DNA of 64,000 nt from Angustibacter luteus (GCF_039541115.1 NZ_BAABFP010000002.1:1116001-1180000); one strand, 5' to 3'; shown: positions 17,748 through 28,099, counted from the stretch's first letter. A program made the numbers and translations. Notes: a model not told the origin generated them from the sequence alone.

Positions 17748-19172
17748 ATGGCGACCAGCCGGGCGGTCCCTTCGGTCACCCGCCGCCTGGGCGGTCCGAC
17801 CGCGCTCGTGCGGACCTGGATCGACAACGCCGCCCGGCAGTCGCCGGCCCGCCTGGCGCTGGCCGTCTTCGCCCTGGTCATCCTTCTGGTCACGGCGCTG
17901 CTGTCACTGCCGGTGGCGACGTCGTCCGGGCAGCGGGCGCCGTTCGTCGACGCGCTGTTCACCGCGGCGTCCGCGGTGTGCGTCACCGGGCTGACCGTGG
18001 TGGACACGGCCACGTACTGGTCCGGCACCGGGCAGGTCGTGATCATGTGCGCGATCAAGGTCGGTGGCCTCGGCATCATCACCCTGGCGTCGCTGCTGGG
18101 TCTGGCCGTGGCCCGCCGGCTCGGCCTGCGCCAGCGGCTGATCGCCGCCAGCGAGACCAAGGCCCTGCGACTCTCGGACGTCAGCGGGCTGCTGCGCGCC
18201 GTCATCATCAGCTCCACCGCGATCGAGCTGACCATCGCGCTGGTCCTGCTGCCCAGCTTCCTGGCCGAGGGCGAGGGGACCGGCACCGCGCTCTACCACT
18301 CCCTCTTCTACGGGATCAGCGCGTTCAACAACGCCGGCTTCTCCGTGCACACCGGCGGCGTGGAGCACTGGGCCGGCAACCCCTTCGTGCTCGGGCCCAT
18401 CGCGATCGGCGTGTTCCTGGGCAGCCTGGGCTTTCCGGTGATGCTCACCGTGGCCACCAACCTGCGGCGGCGCGACGGGGTGCGGCGCGGCCGCCGCGGC
18501 TGGAACCTGCACACCAAGCTGACCGTCGTCACCACCTGCCTGGTGCTCGGGGTCGCGGTCGTCGGGTTCGCCGCGTTCGAGTGGACGAACCCCGGCACGC
18601 TCGGCGGGATGAGCCTGGGCGACCGGGTGCTGAACTCCGTGTTCGCCGGGGTCATGCCGCGCTCGGGCGGCTTCTCCGCCGTCCCGGTGAACGAGATGCG
18701 GGAGTCGACCTGGGCGTTCCAGGACGTGCTGATGTTCATCGGCGGGGGCAGCGCGTCGACCGCCGGAGGGATCAAGGTCACGACGCTGGCGGTGCTGGTG
18801 CTCGCGACGGTCGCCGAGGCGCGCGGCGACCGGGACGTCGAGGCGTTCGGACGCCGGATCCCGCCGGGCAGTCTGCGGCTGGCCGTGACCGTGCTGCTGG
18901 CCGGGTCCACGCTGGTCCTGGGCTTCAGCCTGGCGCTGCTGGCGATGACCGGGCGCTCGCTGGACGTCGTCCTGTTCGAGGTCGTGTCGGCGTTCGGCAC
19001 CTGCGGCCTCTCGACCGGGCTGAGCGCCGAGCTGCCGGATGCCGGGAAGTACCTGCTGACCGCCCTGATGTTCGCCGGGCGCACCGGCACCATGACCCTG
19101 GCGGCGGCGCTCGCCCTGCGCGACCGCCGCCGCGTCGTCCGGCTACCGGAAGAGAGGCCCGTCGTTGGCTAG
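17748..19172 (+). CDS. trkH: TrkH/KtrB potassium uptake membrane subunit
   Basis: SAVCVTGL, SAFNNAGF, FIGGGSASTAGGIK, SAFGTCGLS pore motifs. Confidence 0.9.
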   Translation: MATSRAVPSVTRRLGGPTALVRTWIDNAARQSPARLALAVFALVILLVTALLSLPVATSSGQRAPFVDALFTAASAVCVTGLTVVDTATYWSGTGQVVIMCAIKVGGLGIITLASLLGLAVARRLGLRQRLIAASETKALRLSDVSGLLRAVIISSTAIELTIALVLLPSFLAEGEGTGTALYHSLFYGISAFNNAGFSVHTGGVEHWAGNPFVLGPIAIGVFLGSLGFPVMLTVATNLRRRDGVRRGRRGWNLHTKLTVVTTCLVLGVAVVGFAAFEWTNPGTLGGMSLGDRVLNSVFAGVMPRSGGFSAVPVNEMRESTWAFQDVLMFIGGGSASTAGGIKVTTLAVLVLATVAEARGDRDVEAFGRRIPPGSLRLAVTVLLAGSTLVLGFSLALLAMTGRSLDVVLFEVVSAFGTCGLSTGLSAELPDAGKYLLTALMFAGRTGTMTLAAALALRDRRRVVRLPEERPVVG

Positions 19173-19833
19173 CAAGGAACCCACAGGTAAGGCGGTGCTC
19201 GTCGTCGGCCTCGGCCGCTTCGGCAGCTCGATCGCCGAGGCGCTGGACCGAATGGGCCACGAGGTGCTGGCCGTCGACAAGGACCCGGCGATCGTGCAGG
19301 AGTGGTCCGGCCGGCTGACGCACGTCATCGAGGCGGACTCGGCGACGGAGGAGGCGCTGCGCCAGGTCGGCGCGGCCGACTTCACGATCGCGGTGGTCGG
19401 GATCGGCACGTCCATCGAGTCGTCGGTGCTCACCACGGTCACGTTGTCCGACCTCGGCATCAAGCAGATCTGGGCCAAGGCGATCACGCCGGCGCACGGC
19501 AAGATCCTGGAGCGGATCGGGGCGACCAAGGTGGTCTACCCCGAGCGGGACGCCGGCGAGCGGGTCGCGCACCTGGTGTCGGGAAAGATGATGGACTTCA
19601 TCGAGTTCGACGACGGGTTCGCGATCGTCAAGATGGCCCCGCCCCAGGAGACCCGCGGCTTCACGCTCGCCGAGTCCCAGATCCGGGCGAAGTACGGGGT
19701 CACCGTGGTCGGCGTGAAGTCACCGAACCGGGACTTCACCTACGCGGTTCCGACCACCAAGATCAGCCCGCACGACCTGCTGATCGTCAGCGGCCAGACG
19801 AGCCTGATCGAGCGGTTCGCCGCCCGCCCCTGA
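19165..19833 (+). CDS. trkA: TrkA/KtrA NAD-binding subunit
   Basis: VVGLGRFG; VVYPERDAG. Confidence 0.9.
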   Translation: MASKEPTGKAVLVVGLGRFGSSIAEALDRMGHEVLAVDKDPAIVQEWSGRLTHVIEADSATEEALRQVGAADFTIAVVGIGTSIESSVLTTVTLSDLGIKQIWAKAITPAHGKILERIGATKVVYPERDAGERVAHLVSGKMMDFIEFDDGFAIVKMAPPQETRGFTLAESQIRAKYGVTVVGVKSPNRDFTYAVPTTKISPHDLLIVSGQTSLIERFAARP

Positions 19834-19843
19834 CCCAGGCAAA

Positions 19844-19947
19844 CCCACGCTTCCGCCACTCAGTCCGGTTTCCGTCACTGCGTCCGGCGCCGGACGCCGA
19901 ATACCGGCTTGGGTGGCGGAAACCGGCTTGGGTGGCGGAAGCGTGGG
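19844..19947. repeat. composite palindromic (REP-like) intergenic element
   Basis: Arms CCCACGC plus two 19-bp units (TTTCCGCCACCCAAGCCGG consensus), inverted; left-arm copies are degenerate. Confidence 0.65.
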
Positions 19948-19966
19948 GTCCGGGTGGGGGGGCGGG

Positions 19967-20485
19967 TCAGAGGGTCGTGGTCGGGACCCAGCCGGGGTCG
20001 TCGCCGAGCGGCAGGACCATGGCCAGCTCCTCGACGTCCGCGTCGTTCGTCATCGCACGCCGCTCGTCGGCCGGGCGGAAGCCGGCGCTGCTGAAGAAGG
20101 CGACGGCGCGGCCGTTGTCCGTCGACACCCAGAGCTTCAGGGCCCGCTGGCCCTCGCGGCGCGCGTGCTCGCCCGCGGCCTGGGTGAGCTGCCAGGCCAC
20201 GCCCTTGCCGCGGAAGCCGGGCACGACCCACATCCCGAACAGCTCGGCGACGTCGTGCTCGCGGGCCTGCCCGACGGACACGATGCCCACGGCCTCCTCG
20301 TCCGACTCGGCCACCAGCCGCGCCGACCGCCCCATCCGCAGGCGCCAGAAGGCCTCGTCGTACGCCTGCTCGTCCTCGTAGCTCGAGGCGAAGGCATCGG
20401 GTGCGTCCTGCAGCGCCGCCAGCCTCAGCCCGCGGTAGGTGTTCCAGTCGTCGCCGTCGAGCGCGCGCACCGTGACCTCACTCAT
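19967..20485 (-). CDS. GNAT acetyltransferase
   Basis: RLAALQDAPDAF, MWVVPGFRGKGVA, NGRAVAFFSSAGF. Confidence 0.85.
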   Translation of the reverse strand: MSEVTVRALDGDDWNTYRGLRLAALQDAPDAFASSYEDEQAYDEAFWRLRMGRSARLVAESDEEAVGIVSVGQAREHDVAELFGMWVVPGFRGKGVAWQLTQAAGEHARREGQRALKLWVSTDNGRAVAFFSSAGFRPADERRAMTNDADVEELAMVLPLGDDPGWVPTTTL

Positions 20486-20615
20486 GCACGTAGCGTGGCA
20501 GATCCGCCCGGGTTTGCGCCGCCTGGGTGGTCCCGAATGCGCGGACGGGTGATCTCCGCAGGTCCCTCTCGCCCTTGCCGATGCAATCAACAGAGGACGA
20601 CCAGAGGCACGAGGA

Positions 20616-22202
20616 GTGATATCGGTGGCGTCGGTAGGTGAGGTGAGCCCAGGCACGGTCGTGCTGCGTCCGCAGTTCGGCCCGTACATGAGCATCGCCC
20701 TCGCCGCGCACGCCCGGTACCTGGACGGCGACTCCGCCGGCGCGCTGCGCGACGCGGGTGCCGCGATGATCTTGGTCCAGGGCGCCGGCGACCACCTCAG
20801 CCAGCGGTTCCTGCAGTACACGCTGTGCTCGGCGCTGCGCGAGCAGGGCCGGCACGAGGAGGTCGTGGACCGCGCCGTCCAGCTGCTGGAGCAGGTTGGG
20901 GACGACGACCCGGTCTGGCGGGCCAAGGCGCTGGCCGTGCAGGCGCACGCCCTGGCCTCGCTCAGCCGCTCCGCCCAGGCCATGGACGCGGTCAGCGAGG
21001 CCGAGCACCTGCTCGAGGTGCACGACGCCCCGACCTACAACCACATGTCGGCCACCCTGGCGCTGGCCATCGCGCTGCAGCCGTTGCGCAGCTTCGAGCT
21101 CGCACTCACCCAGCTCGAGGCGATCCTGCCGCTGCACCCCGGGTACGGCACGTACATCGCGAGCGAGCTGTCCCTGGTCGAGGCGCACTGGGCGGCCACG
21201 CTGGACCTCGCCGGCCTGCACGACGAGGCCACCGTGCACTACCGCGCCTGCCAGTCGCAGGCGCTGCGCACCCGCCGCGCCGCCGAGGACGAGCAGGACG
21301 CCGAGTTCGGCCTGCTGCGCGCCGACGTGTACGAGGCGTTCGTGCTGGCCCGCCTCGGCGAGCACGACCGGGCCCGGGCCATGCTGCTGCCGATCTCCGA
21401 CGAGGACCTGCGGGCCGACTACCCCGAGCACGACCTCGCCTACCTGACCATCGGCCGGATCGCGATGGCGCACGGCTTCCCGGACCGCGCCCGCAAGCAC
21501 TTCCAGCGGGTCGTCGACACCGCCGAGCGCACCGGCCGGGACCTGTGGCGCTCCGTCGCCCTGGACGCGCTCGCCGAGGTCGAGGTCGCGGTGCACGGAC
21601 CGCACCCGGCGCACGACTGGTTCCGGGCGCAGGTGCTCACCCTGCACCAGGCGGCGGTGCACGAGGCCAGCACGCGAGGCCGGGAGCTGCGCGAGCGCGC
21701 CCTGGTCCGCCAGCTGCGTGCCACGAGCGACGAGATGAGCCGAGCCGCCCTGATCGACCCGCTCACCGGCCTGGGCAACCGGCGCGCCCTCACCGACTGG
21801 ATGGCCGACGCCGACCCGACCCGGGGCGCCGTGTTCGTCGACGTCGACCACTTCAAGACCGTCAACGACACCTTCTCGCACGAGGTCGGGGACCAGGTGC
21901 TGCGCTCGCTCGGCGGCATCCTCGCCGACTGCACCCGCGGCGACGACCTGGTCGCCCGCTACGGCGGGGACGAGTTCGTCGTGCTCTGCACGGGCGGCGC
22001 CGTCGGCGCCCAGGCGGTGGCCGAGCGGCTGCACCGCGCCGTCCGCGAGCACGACTGGACCACCCTGGCCGACGCGCTGCGGGTCACCGTGTCCATCGGG
22101 GTCGCCTCGAGCATCTCGGGTGGCGACGCGCTCGGAGCCGCCGACTCCGCGCTGTTCGAGGCCAAGCGAGCGGGGCGCGACCAGATCGCGGTCGCGGTCT
22201 AG
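20616..22202 (+). CDS. diguanylate cyclase (GGDEF) with helical-repeat (TPR-like) N-terminus
   Basis: DPLTGLGNRR, DVDHFKTVND, RYGGDEF; RxxD I-site (RGDD); start uncertain. Confidence 0.85.
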   Translation: MISVASVGEVSPGTVVLRPQFGPYMSIALAAHARYLDGDSAGALRDAGAAMILVQGAGDHLSQRFLQYTLCSALREQGRHEEVVDRAVQLLEQVGDDDPVWRAKALAVQAHALASLSRSAQAMDAVSEAEHLLEVHDAPTYNHMSATLALAIALQPLRSFELALTQLEAILPLHPGYGTYIASELSLVEAHWAATLDLAGLHDEATVHYRACQSQALRTRRAAEDEQDAEFGLLRADVYEAFVLARLGEHDRARAMLLPISDEDLRADYPEHDLAYLTIGRIAMAHGFPDRARKHFQRVVDTAERTGRDLWRSVALDALAEVEVAVHGPHPAHDWFRAQVLTLHQAAVHEASTRGRELRERALVRQLRATSDEMSRAALIDPLTGLGNRRALTDWMADADPTRGAVFVDVDHFKTVNDTFSHEVGDQVLRSLGGILADCTRGDDLVARYGGDEFVVLCTGGAVGAQAVAERLHRAVREHDWTTLADALRVTVSIGVASSISGGDALGAADSALFEAKRAGRDQIAVAV

Positions 22203-22207
22203 GAGCG

Positions 22208-23329
22208 TCAGAGCAGCCGTTCGAGCTCCAGCTCGACCCGGCCGTCGTCCTCGAGCTCGGTGCGGCCCGTGGCACGGAACCCGCAGCGCTCGTAGAGCCC
22301 GGTCGCCGCCTCGTTGCCCTGCACGACCCACAGGACGACGCGACGTCCGGCCAGCCTCCGCCAGGCCGCCACGGCCGTGTCCACGAGCAGCGCACCGGCG
22401 CCCCGTCCACGCGCCTGCGGGTCCACCCACATGCCGGTGATCTCGGCCGTCCCGGCGGCGTCGGGGTCGGCGCGCAACGTGATGCTGCCGACCGAGCGGT
22501 CCCCCAGCACGGCATGCCAGGTCGTCGCGGTCTCGGCGCGGTCCCGCCACCGCTGCTCGTCGAACGTCAGCGCCTGCGCCACCGTGGAACCGAACGCCTG
22601 CGGCGACTCCGCGAGGCTCGCGATCCGGACGTCGCGCACCCGCTCCCAGTCGTCGGCGCCCACCTGGATCACCGACGGGCGCAGCCGGGTGGGCTGCGTC
22701 TCCTCGATCCGGTCGCCCCAGGCCGCCAGGAGCGCGTCCAGGTCCAGGTCGAGCACGGCGTCGTCGTCCGCGATCGCCTGCGCCAGCCCCAGCAGGGCCG
22801 GGCTGTGCGTGGCGTAGGCCTGGGTGGACGCCGCACCGCGGCCACGGGTGCGCAGGTACGCACTCAGCGGGAGCGCCTCGGCGAGCACGGCCAGCGGGGC
22901 GCCGTCGTCGGTCAGGGGACCGACCTGCGCGGGCCACCGCTGCGCCAGGAGCGGGTGCGTGCGGTGGGTCGCGTACAGCCCGTGCCACAACGGGTCCGCC
23001 CCGGCGAACTCGACCCGGGCGACCCGGCGCAGGGCGATCGCCGAGGCGCACAGCGCGCAGGGTTCGAGCGTGGTCCGGACGACCGTGCCGGCCGTGGGCA
23101 GGTCGTCACCGGCTGCGGCGAGGGCGTTCAGCTCGGCGTGCGCGAGCGGCGTCCCGGTCAGCTGGCGGAGCGCTGCCTCGGTGTCAGCGCTGCGGTTGCG
23201 GCCCTCCCCGAGCAGCCGGCCCTCGGCGTCCAGCACGACGGCACCGACGCCCCAGCCGCCCGTCGTGTACGACTCCCAGGCCTGCTCGAAGACCTTGCGC
23301 CACAACGGGTCCGGGAACTCGATGGCCAT
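22208..23329 (-). CDS. nucleoside/nucleotide deaminase - GNAT acetyltransferase fusion
   Basis: N-terminal HAE...EPCALC zinc motif; C-terminal MWVDPQARGRGAG and NEAATGLYERCGF. Confidence 0.8.
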   Translation of the reverse strand: MAIEFPDPLWRKVFEQAWESYTTGGWGVGAVVLDAEGRLLGEGRNRSADTEAALRQLTGTPLAHAELNALAAAGDDLPTAGTVVRTTLEPCALCASAIALRRVARVEFAGADPLWHGLYATHRTHPLLAQRWPAQVGPLTDDGAPLAVLAEALPLSAYLRTRGRGAASTQAYATHSPALLGLAQAIADDDAVLDLDLDALLAAWGDRIEETQPTRLRPSVIQVGADDWERVRDVRIASLAESPQAFGSTVAQALTFDEQRWRDRAETATTWHAVLGDRSVGSITLRADPDAAGTAEITGMWVDPQARGRGAGALLVDTAVAAWRRLAGRRVVLWVVQGNEAATGLYERCGFRATGRTELEDDGRVELELERLL

Positions 23330-23341
23330 CGCGACGTCTCG

Positions 23342-24145
23342 TCAGCCCTGGCCGGTCGCCAGCTCGCGGCTGCGGTCGCGGGCCGCCTCCATCGCGGTGA
23401 GGAACGCGGCCCGCACCTTGTGGTCGTCGAGCTGGCGCAGCGCCGCCATCGTCGTCCCGGCCGGGCTGGACACCTGCTCGCGCAGCACCGTCGGGTGCTC
23501 GCCGGTCTCGCGCAGCATGGTCGCGGCGCCGTACAGGGTCTGCACGACGAGCTCGGTGGACGTCGCCCGTGGCAGCCCCAGCAGCACGCCGGCCTCGATC
23601 ATCGCCTCGACCACGTAGAAGATGTACGCCGGTCCGGACCCGCTGATGGCGGTGACGGCGTCCAGGTACTCCTCGGGCAGCCGCAGCACCCGACCGCACG
23701 AGCGCAGCAGCTCCTCCGCCTCGGCCAGGTGGGCCTCGTCGCAGTGCGCGCCGGGGCTGACCGCGGCCATGCCCTCGTCCACCAGCGCGGGGGTGTTCGG
23801 CATGACCCGGACCACCGGAGTTCCTTCTGGCAGACCGGCTTCCAGCGTCGTGGTGGTGATCCCGGCCGCCAGCGAGACGACGAGCGCATCGGGCTGCAGG
23901 GACCCGCGGATCTCGCCGAGCGCGGTCGCCATGTCCTGCGGCTTGACGACGAGCACGACCGTCGTCGCGGCGGCCGCGGCCGCCGCGTTGTCGAGCACCT
24001 CGACGCCGTACTTCTCGGTCAGCTCGGCGGCGCGCTCGGGTCGCCGCTCACTGATCACCAGCGACTCCTTCGACCGGCCGGAGCGGAGCAGGCCGGACAG
24101 GAGGGTCTCGCCCATCACGCCGGCGCCCAGGATCGCAACGGTCAT
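23342..24145 (-). CDS. proC: pyrroline-5-carboxylate reductase
   Basis: ILGAGVMG, VKPQD, RVMPNTP, SGSGPAY, SPAGTT. Confidence 0.95.
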   Translation of the reverse strand: MTVAILGAGVMGETLLSGLLRSGRSKESLVISERRPERAAELTEKYGVEVLDNAAAAAAATTVVLVVKPQDMATALGEIRGSLQPDALVVSLAAGITTTTLEAGLPEGTPVVRVMPNTPALVDEGMAAVSPGAHCDEAHLAEAEELLRSCGRVLRLPEEYLDAVTAISGSGPAYIFYVVEAMIEAGVLLGLPRATSTELVVQTLYGAATMLRETGEHPTVLREQVSSPAGTTMAALRQLDDHKVRAAFLTAMEAARDRSRELATGQG

Positions 24146-24148
24146 GGC

Positions 24149-25084
24149 TCAGCCCTTCGTGGCCAGCGCGCGCAGGAAGAACACGGTGTTCGCCGGACGC
24201 TCGGCCAGCCGGCGCATGAAGTAGCCGTACCAGTCGTCGCCGTACGGGACGTAGACCCGCATCTTCTCGCCCTGGTCGGCCAGGCGCTGCTGCTCGTCGG
24301 GCCGGATGCCGTAGAGCATCTGGTACTCGTAGCTGCCCTGGCTACGACCGGCCTGGACGGCGAGCGCCCCGCCGATGTCGACCAGCCGGGGGTCGTGGGT
24401 GGCCAGCATCGGGTAGCCCTCACCCTGCATCAGCACCTTGGTGCAGCGCACGTAGGAGCGGTCGACCTCGTCGCGGGACTGGAAGGCCACGGACTCCGGC
24501 TCGTCGTAGGCGCCCTTGCACAGCCGGACCCTCGAACCGTTGCCGGACAGGTCCTTGCAGTCGGCCTCGGTGCGCCGCAAGTAGGCCTGCAGCACCGCGC
24601 CGACCCACGGGAAGTCACCGCGCAGGTCGCGCAGCACCGACAGGGTCGAGTCGGTGGTGGTGTGGTCCTCCATGTCGAGGGTGACCGTGGTGCCGGCCTG
24701 CTGAGCAGCCTGGCAGATGTCCCAGGCGTGCTCGAGCGCGATCTTCTCGCCGTCCCCCTCGAGCGCCTGCCCGACCGCGGACAGCTTGACCGAGACCTCG
24801 GCCCGCCCGTCGGCGCTGAGTCCGGCGTCGGACAGGTGCTGCAGCAGCGTCACGTACGCGTCCCGGGTGGTCCGCGCGTGCGCCAGGTCGAAGACGTCCT
24901 CACCGAGGTGGTCGATGGTGACCAGCCGGTGGCTGGCGACCAGCTCGGACGACGCCCGGACGGCGTCGTCGACGTCCGCGCCGGGCACGAAGCGGTGCAC
25001 GACACCGCGCGAGACGGGGGCGGTCTCGACGAGGTGCCGGACGCGGTCGCTCTTGGACATCTGCAGGAGGGCCTGACGAAGCAT
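24149..25084 (-). CDS. monofunctional proline dehydrogenase
   Basis: SVKLS, LDMED, RLCKGAY, ATHD, YFMRRLAERP. Confidence 0.92.
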   Translation of the reverse strand: MLRQALLQMSKSDRVRHLVETAPVSRGVVHRFVPGADVDDAVRASSELVASHRLVTIDHLGEDVFDLAHARTTRDAYVTLLQHLSDAGLSADGRAEVSVKLSAVGQALEGDGEKIALEHAWDICQAAQQAGTTVTLDMEDHTTTDSTLSVLRDLRGDFPWVGAVLQAYLRRTEADCKDLSGNGSRVRLCKGAYDEPESVAFQSRDEVDRSYVRCTKVLMQGEGYPMLATHDPRLVDIGGALAVQAGRSQGSYEYQMLYGIRPDEQQRLADQGEKMRVYVPYGDDWYGYFMRRLAERPANTVFFLRALATKG

Positions 25085-25107
25085 GGCGTCAGGCTACGGC
25101 AGCGACC

Positions 25108-25842
25108 TCAGGGCGTGCGCCGCCGCAGGGTCGCCGCCCCGAGCACGACTGCCGCGACGGCGAAGGCGAGCACGACGGCGACGTCCTGCAGGGCGTCGCC
25201 GACGGCGTCGGGGTACCGCGTCATGGTGGTCATCGCGTCGACGGCGTACGACAGCGGCAGGACGTCCGAGACCCAGCGCAGGACGTCGGGGAGGGCGTCC
25301 CGGGGCAGGAACAGTCCGCAGAGCAGCAGCTGGGGCAGGACGACGGCGGGCAGGAACTGCACGGCCTGGAACTCGGTCGCGGCGAAGGCGCTGAAGAACA
25401 GGCCGAGCGTGCAGCCGAGCAGCGCGTCGACGACGGCGATGACCAGCAGCAGCCAGACCGGCCCGGCGACGTCCAGCCCGCAGACCACGATGGCGAACGC
25501 GGTGGCGAGCACGGCCTGCAGCACCGCGAGCAGGCCGAACGCGACCGCGTAGCCGCCGACGAGGTCGCCCTTGCCCAGCGGCATGGCCAGCAGCCGCTCG
25601 AGGGTGCCCGACTGCCGCTCGCGCAGCGTGGCGACGCTGGTCACCAGGAACATCACGACGAACGGGAAGATCCCGAGCAGCGGCGCCCCGATCCGGTCGA
25701 ACACCTGCGTGCCGGAGTACATCCAGGCGAGCAGCCCGATCAGCACGCAGGGCACCACGAGCATCAGTGCGAGGGTCCGCCGGTCGTGCCGCAGCTGGCC
25801 GAGCACCCGCAGGGCCGTGGCCAGCGTCAGTCGAGGGCTCAT
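25108..25842 (-). CDS. ABC-2 type permease
   Basis: LRHDRRT...LRERQSGTLERL; TM-rich. Confidence 0.88.
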   Translation of the reverse strand: MSPRLTLATALRVLGQLRHDRRTLALMLVVPCVLIGLLAWMYSGTQVFDRIGAPLLGIFPFVVMFLVTSVATLRERQSGTLERLLAMPLGKGDLVGGYAVAFGLLAVLQAVLATAFAIVVCGLDVAGPVWLLLVIAVVDALLGCTLGLFFSAFAATEFQAVQFLPAVVLPQLLLCGLFLPRDALPDVLRWVSDVLPLSYAVDAMTTMTRYPDAVGDALQDVAVVLAFAVAAVVLGAATLRRRTP

Positions 25843-26570
25843 GCCGCGGCCCGCTCGACCAGGGCGAGGAAGGCCTGCTCGACGTCGTCCGTGCCGGTGC
25901 GTTCGAGCAGGGCGGCGAGCGTGCCGTCGGCGAGCACCGCACCCTCGCGCATCAGCACGAGGCGGTCGCACCGGGTCGCCTCGTCCATCACGTGGCTGGA
26001 CACCAGCAGCGTCGTACCGGTGGCGGCGATCTCGGCGAACAGGTTCCACAGGTCGCGGCGCAGCACCGGGTCGAGGCCGACGGTGGGCTCGTCGAGCACG
26101 AGCACGCCCGGGGTGCCGAGCAGGGCGACCGCGAGCGAGACCCGTGAGCGCTGCCCACCGGACAGCCGGCCCACCCGCGCGCCGGCCTGGCTCGTGAGGT
26201 CGACCTGGGCGAGCACCCGGTCGACGTCGCTGCTCGGCCCGCTGGTGGGCGCGCCGACGACGGTGGCGAAGTACCGGAGGTTCTCGGCGACGGTGAGGTC
26301 GTCGTACACGCTGGGCGCCTGGGTCACGTAGCCGACCTGGCGACGCAGCGCGGCGCTGCCGGCGGGCCGTCCGAAGACCGCCACCGTGCCGGCCGCGACC
26401 TGCTGGACGCCGACGATCGAGCGCATCAGGGTGGACTTGCCGCAGCCGCTCGGGCCGAGCAAGCCGACGACCTGGCCGCTGGGCACCGTCAGGTCGAGCC
26501 CGTCGATGACCGTGCGGCCGGCTCGGACGACCCGCAGCCCGCTGATCTCTACCGCTGATTCATTCATCAC
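25839..26570 (-). CDS. ABC transporter ATP-binding protein
   Basis: GPSGCGKS, LSGGQ, VLDEPT. Confidence 0.9.
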   Translation of the reverse strand: MMNESAVEISGLRVVRAGRTVIDGLDLTVPSGQVVGLLGPSGCGKSTLMRSIVGVQQVAAGTVAVFGRPAGSAALRRQVGYVTQAPSVYDDLTVAENLRYFATVVGAPTSGPSSDVDRVLAQVDLTSQAGARVGRLSGGQRSRVSLAVALLGTPGVLVLDEPTVGLDPVLRRDLWNLFAEIAATGTTLLVSSHVMDEATRCDRLVLMREGAVLADGTLAALLERTGTDDVEQAFLALVERAAA

Positions 26571-26606
26571 CCGATGAATTTAACTCAAGGGACCAGGCGC
26601 CGTCCA
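26562..26606 (-). promoter_or_regulatory. leaderless promoter with overlapping palindromic operator (likely for the adjacent TetR)
   Basis: Minus TGGACG-N18-TAAATT then GTG 26570; palindrome ATTCATC-N4-GATGAAT (26562-26579) covers the -10 and start. Confidence 0.6.
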
Positions 26607-26627
26607 GACCCTTGCTCACGCCGGGGG

Positions 26628-27248
26628 TCAGTCGAGCGGGGCGGTCAGGTAGCGCTGGACCGTCGGGGCGAGCCACCGGACGACGTCCTCGGGCTCCGCG
26701 CTGGCCAACGGCTCGACGCGGACGACGTACCGGGCCATCGCCAGCCCGACCAGCTGGCTGGCGACCAACGAGCCGCGCAGCTCCGGGACGTCGGTCCCCA
26801 GCCCCGCGACCACCCGGCCGAACACCTCACGGGCCAGGAACTCGCGCAGCGTGCGGGCGGCGTCCTCGTGCGTGCTCGCCGCGGCCACGAGGGCCATGAT
26901 GCGTGGCCGTCCCTCGACCGAGTCCCAGGTCGACAGGAAGAACCGGACCAGCCGCTCCCCCACGTGGTCCGGGTCGCCCGCCACGGCCCGGTCGATCTGC
27001 TCCGTCGGGTTGAACGGCAGCTGCTGGCAGGCGGCGAAGAGGGCGGCCTTGTCCGTGAAGTAGTGGTGCACCAGCGCGGGGTCGACACCGGCCCGGCGCG
27101 CGACCGCCCGCAGGCTGGTCGCCTCGTAGCCGTGCTCGGCGAAGGCCAGCCGGGCCGCCGTGACGATCTCGGCCCGGGTGTCCGAGCCGGCCGGACGACG
27201 TCCCCGCCGGCGAGGCTGCGCCGTCGCGTCCCGCTCGGGCGCAGTCAC
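26628..27248 (-). CDS. TetR family regulator
   Basis: RRGRRP...[29 protein letters not shown]. Confidence 0.9.
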   Translation of the reverse strand: MTAPERDATAQPRRRGRRPAGSDTRAEIVTAARLAFAEHGYEATSLRAVARRAGVDPALVHHYFTDKAALFAACQQLPFNPTEQIDRAVAGDPDHVGERLVRFFLSTWDSVEGRPRIMALVAAASTHEDAARTLREFLAREVFGRVVAGLGTDVPELRGSLVASQLVGLAMARYVVRVEPLASAEPEDVVRWLAPTVQRYLTAPLD

Positions 27249-28063
27249 TGGCGGTCCGGTGCCGGCGCCGCCAGGTTGAGCCGGGCGAAGGCGAGCGCCT
27301 CGGCCAGGTCGGCCTCCCGGGCCTCCCGGTCGCGCAGCCTCCGGGTGCTGATCTCGACGACCACGTTGCCGGTCCACTGCCGGGCGGCCAGCGACTCCAG
27401 CAGCTGCGCGCACGGCTGGCCACCCCGGCCGGGCACCAGGTGCTCGTCCTTGTTCGACCCGACGCCGTCGGCCAGGTGCACGTGCGCCAGCCGGTCCCCG
27501 AGGGCCTCGGCCATCGCCATCGCGTCCGAGCCGGACGTCGCGGTGTGCGACAGGTCCAGCGTCACGTTCGCGTAGTCGTAGCCCACCGGGTCCCAGCCGG
27601 GCAGGTAGGCCAGGATCTCGCGGTTGCGCGCCCGCCAGGGAAACATGTTCTCGACCGCCAGCCGCAGCCCCGAGCGCTCCTCGAGCTCGCGGATGCCGGA
27701 CTCGAACGACCGCGCGTACTCGCGCTGCCAGCGGAACGGCGGGTGCACGACGACCGTGCCCGCTCCCACCGCAGCGGCCACCTCGCAGGCGCGGTCCAGC
27801 TTCGGCCACGGGTCGGCGCCCCAGACCCGCTGGGTGACCAGCAGGGTCGGCGCGTGGATGGCCACGACCGGCAGCTGGTAGTGGTCCGACAAGCGTTGCA
27901 GCGCAGCGGGATCCTGGCTCACCGGGTCGGTCCAGACCATGATCTCGACGCCGTCGTAGCCGAGCCTGGACGCGATCTCGAAGCTCGTCGCGCAGGTCTC
28001 CGGGTAGGCGGACGCCGTGGACAGCGAGACCTTCGCCGCCGGTACCCGCACCGCCCCGCTCAT
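27245..28063 (-). CDS. sugar-phosphate isomerase/epimerase (xylose-isomerase-like TIM barrel)
   Basis: [32 protein letters not shown]. Confidence 0.85.
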   Translation of the reverse strand: MSGAVRVPAAKVSLSTASAYPETCATSFEIASRLGYDGVEIMVWTDPVSQDPAALQRLSDHYQLPVVAIHAPTLLVTQRVWGADPWPKLDRACEVAAAVGAGTVVVHPPFRWQREYARSFESGIRELEERSGLRLAVENMFPWRARNREILAYLPGWDPVGYDYANVTLDLSHTATSGSDAMAMAEALGDRLAHVHLADGVGSNKDEHLVPGRGGQPCAQLLESLAARQWTGNVVVEISTRRLRDREAREADLAEALAFARLNLAAPAPDRQ

Positions 28064-28099
28064 GCCCTCCACCCTAGTAAGGCGAGACCGAACCGGCGC

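Noticed and set aside
20825..25552. 1575-aa plus-strand ORF and other very long Arg/Gly/Pro-rich ORFs (e.g. 38569-41319, 50971-53562)
   Set aside because: Off-frame or antisense shadows typical of high-GC DNA; they overlap well-supported genes and have no motifs.
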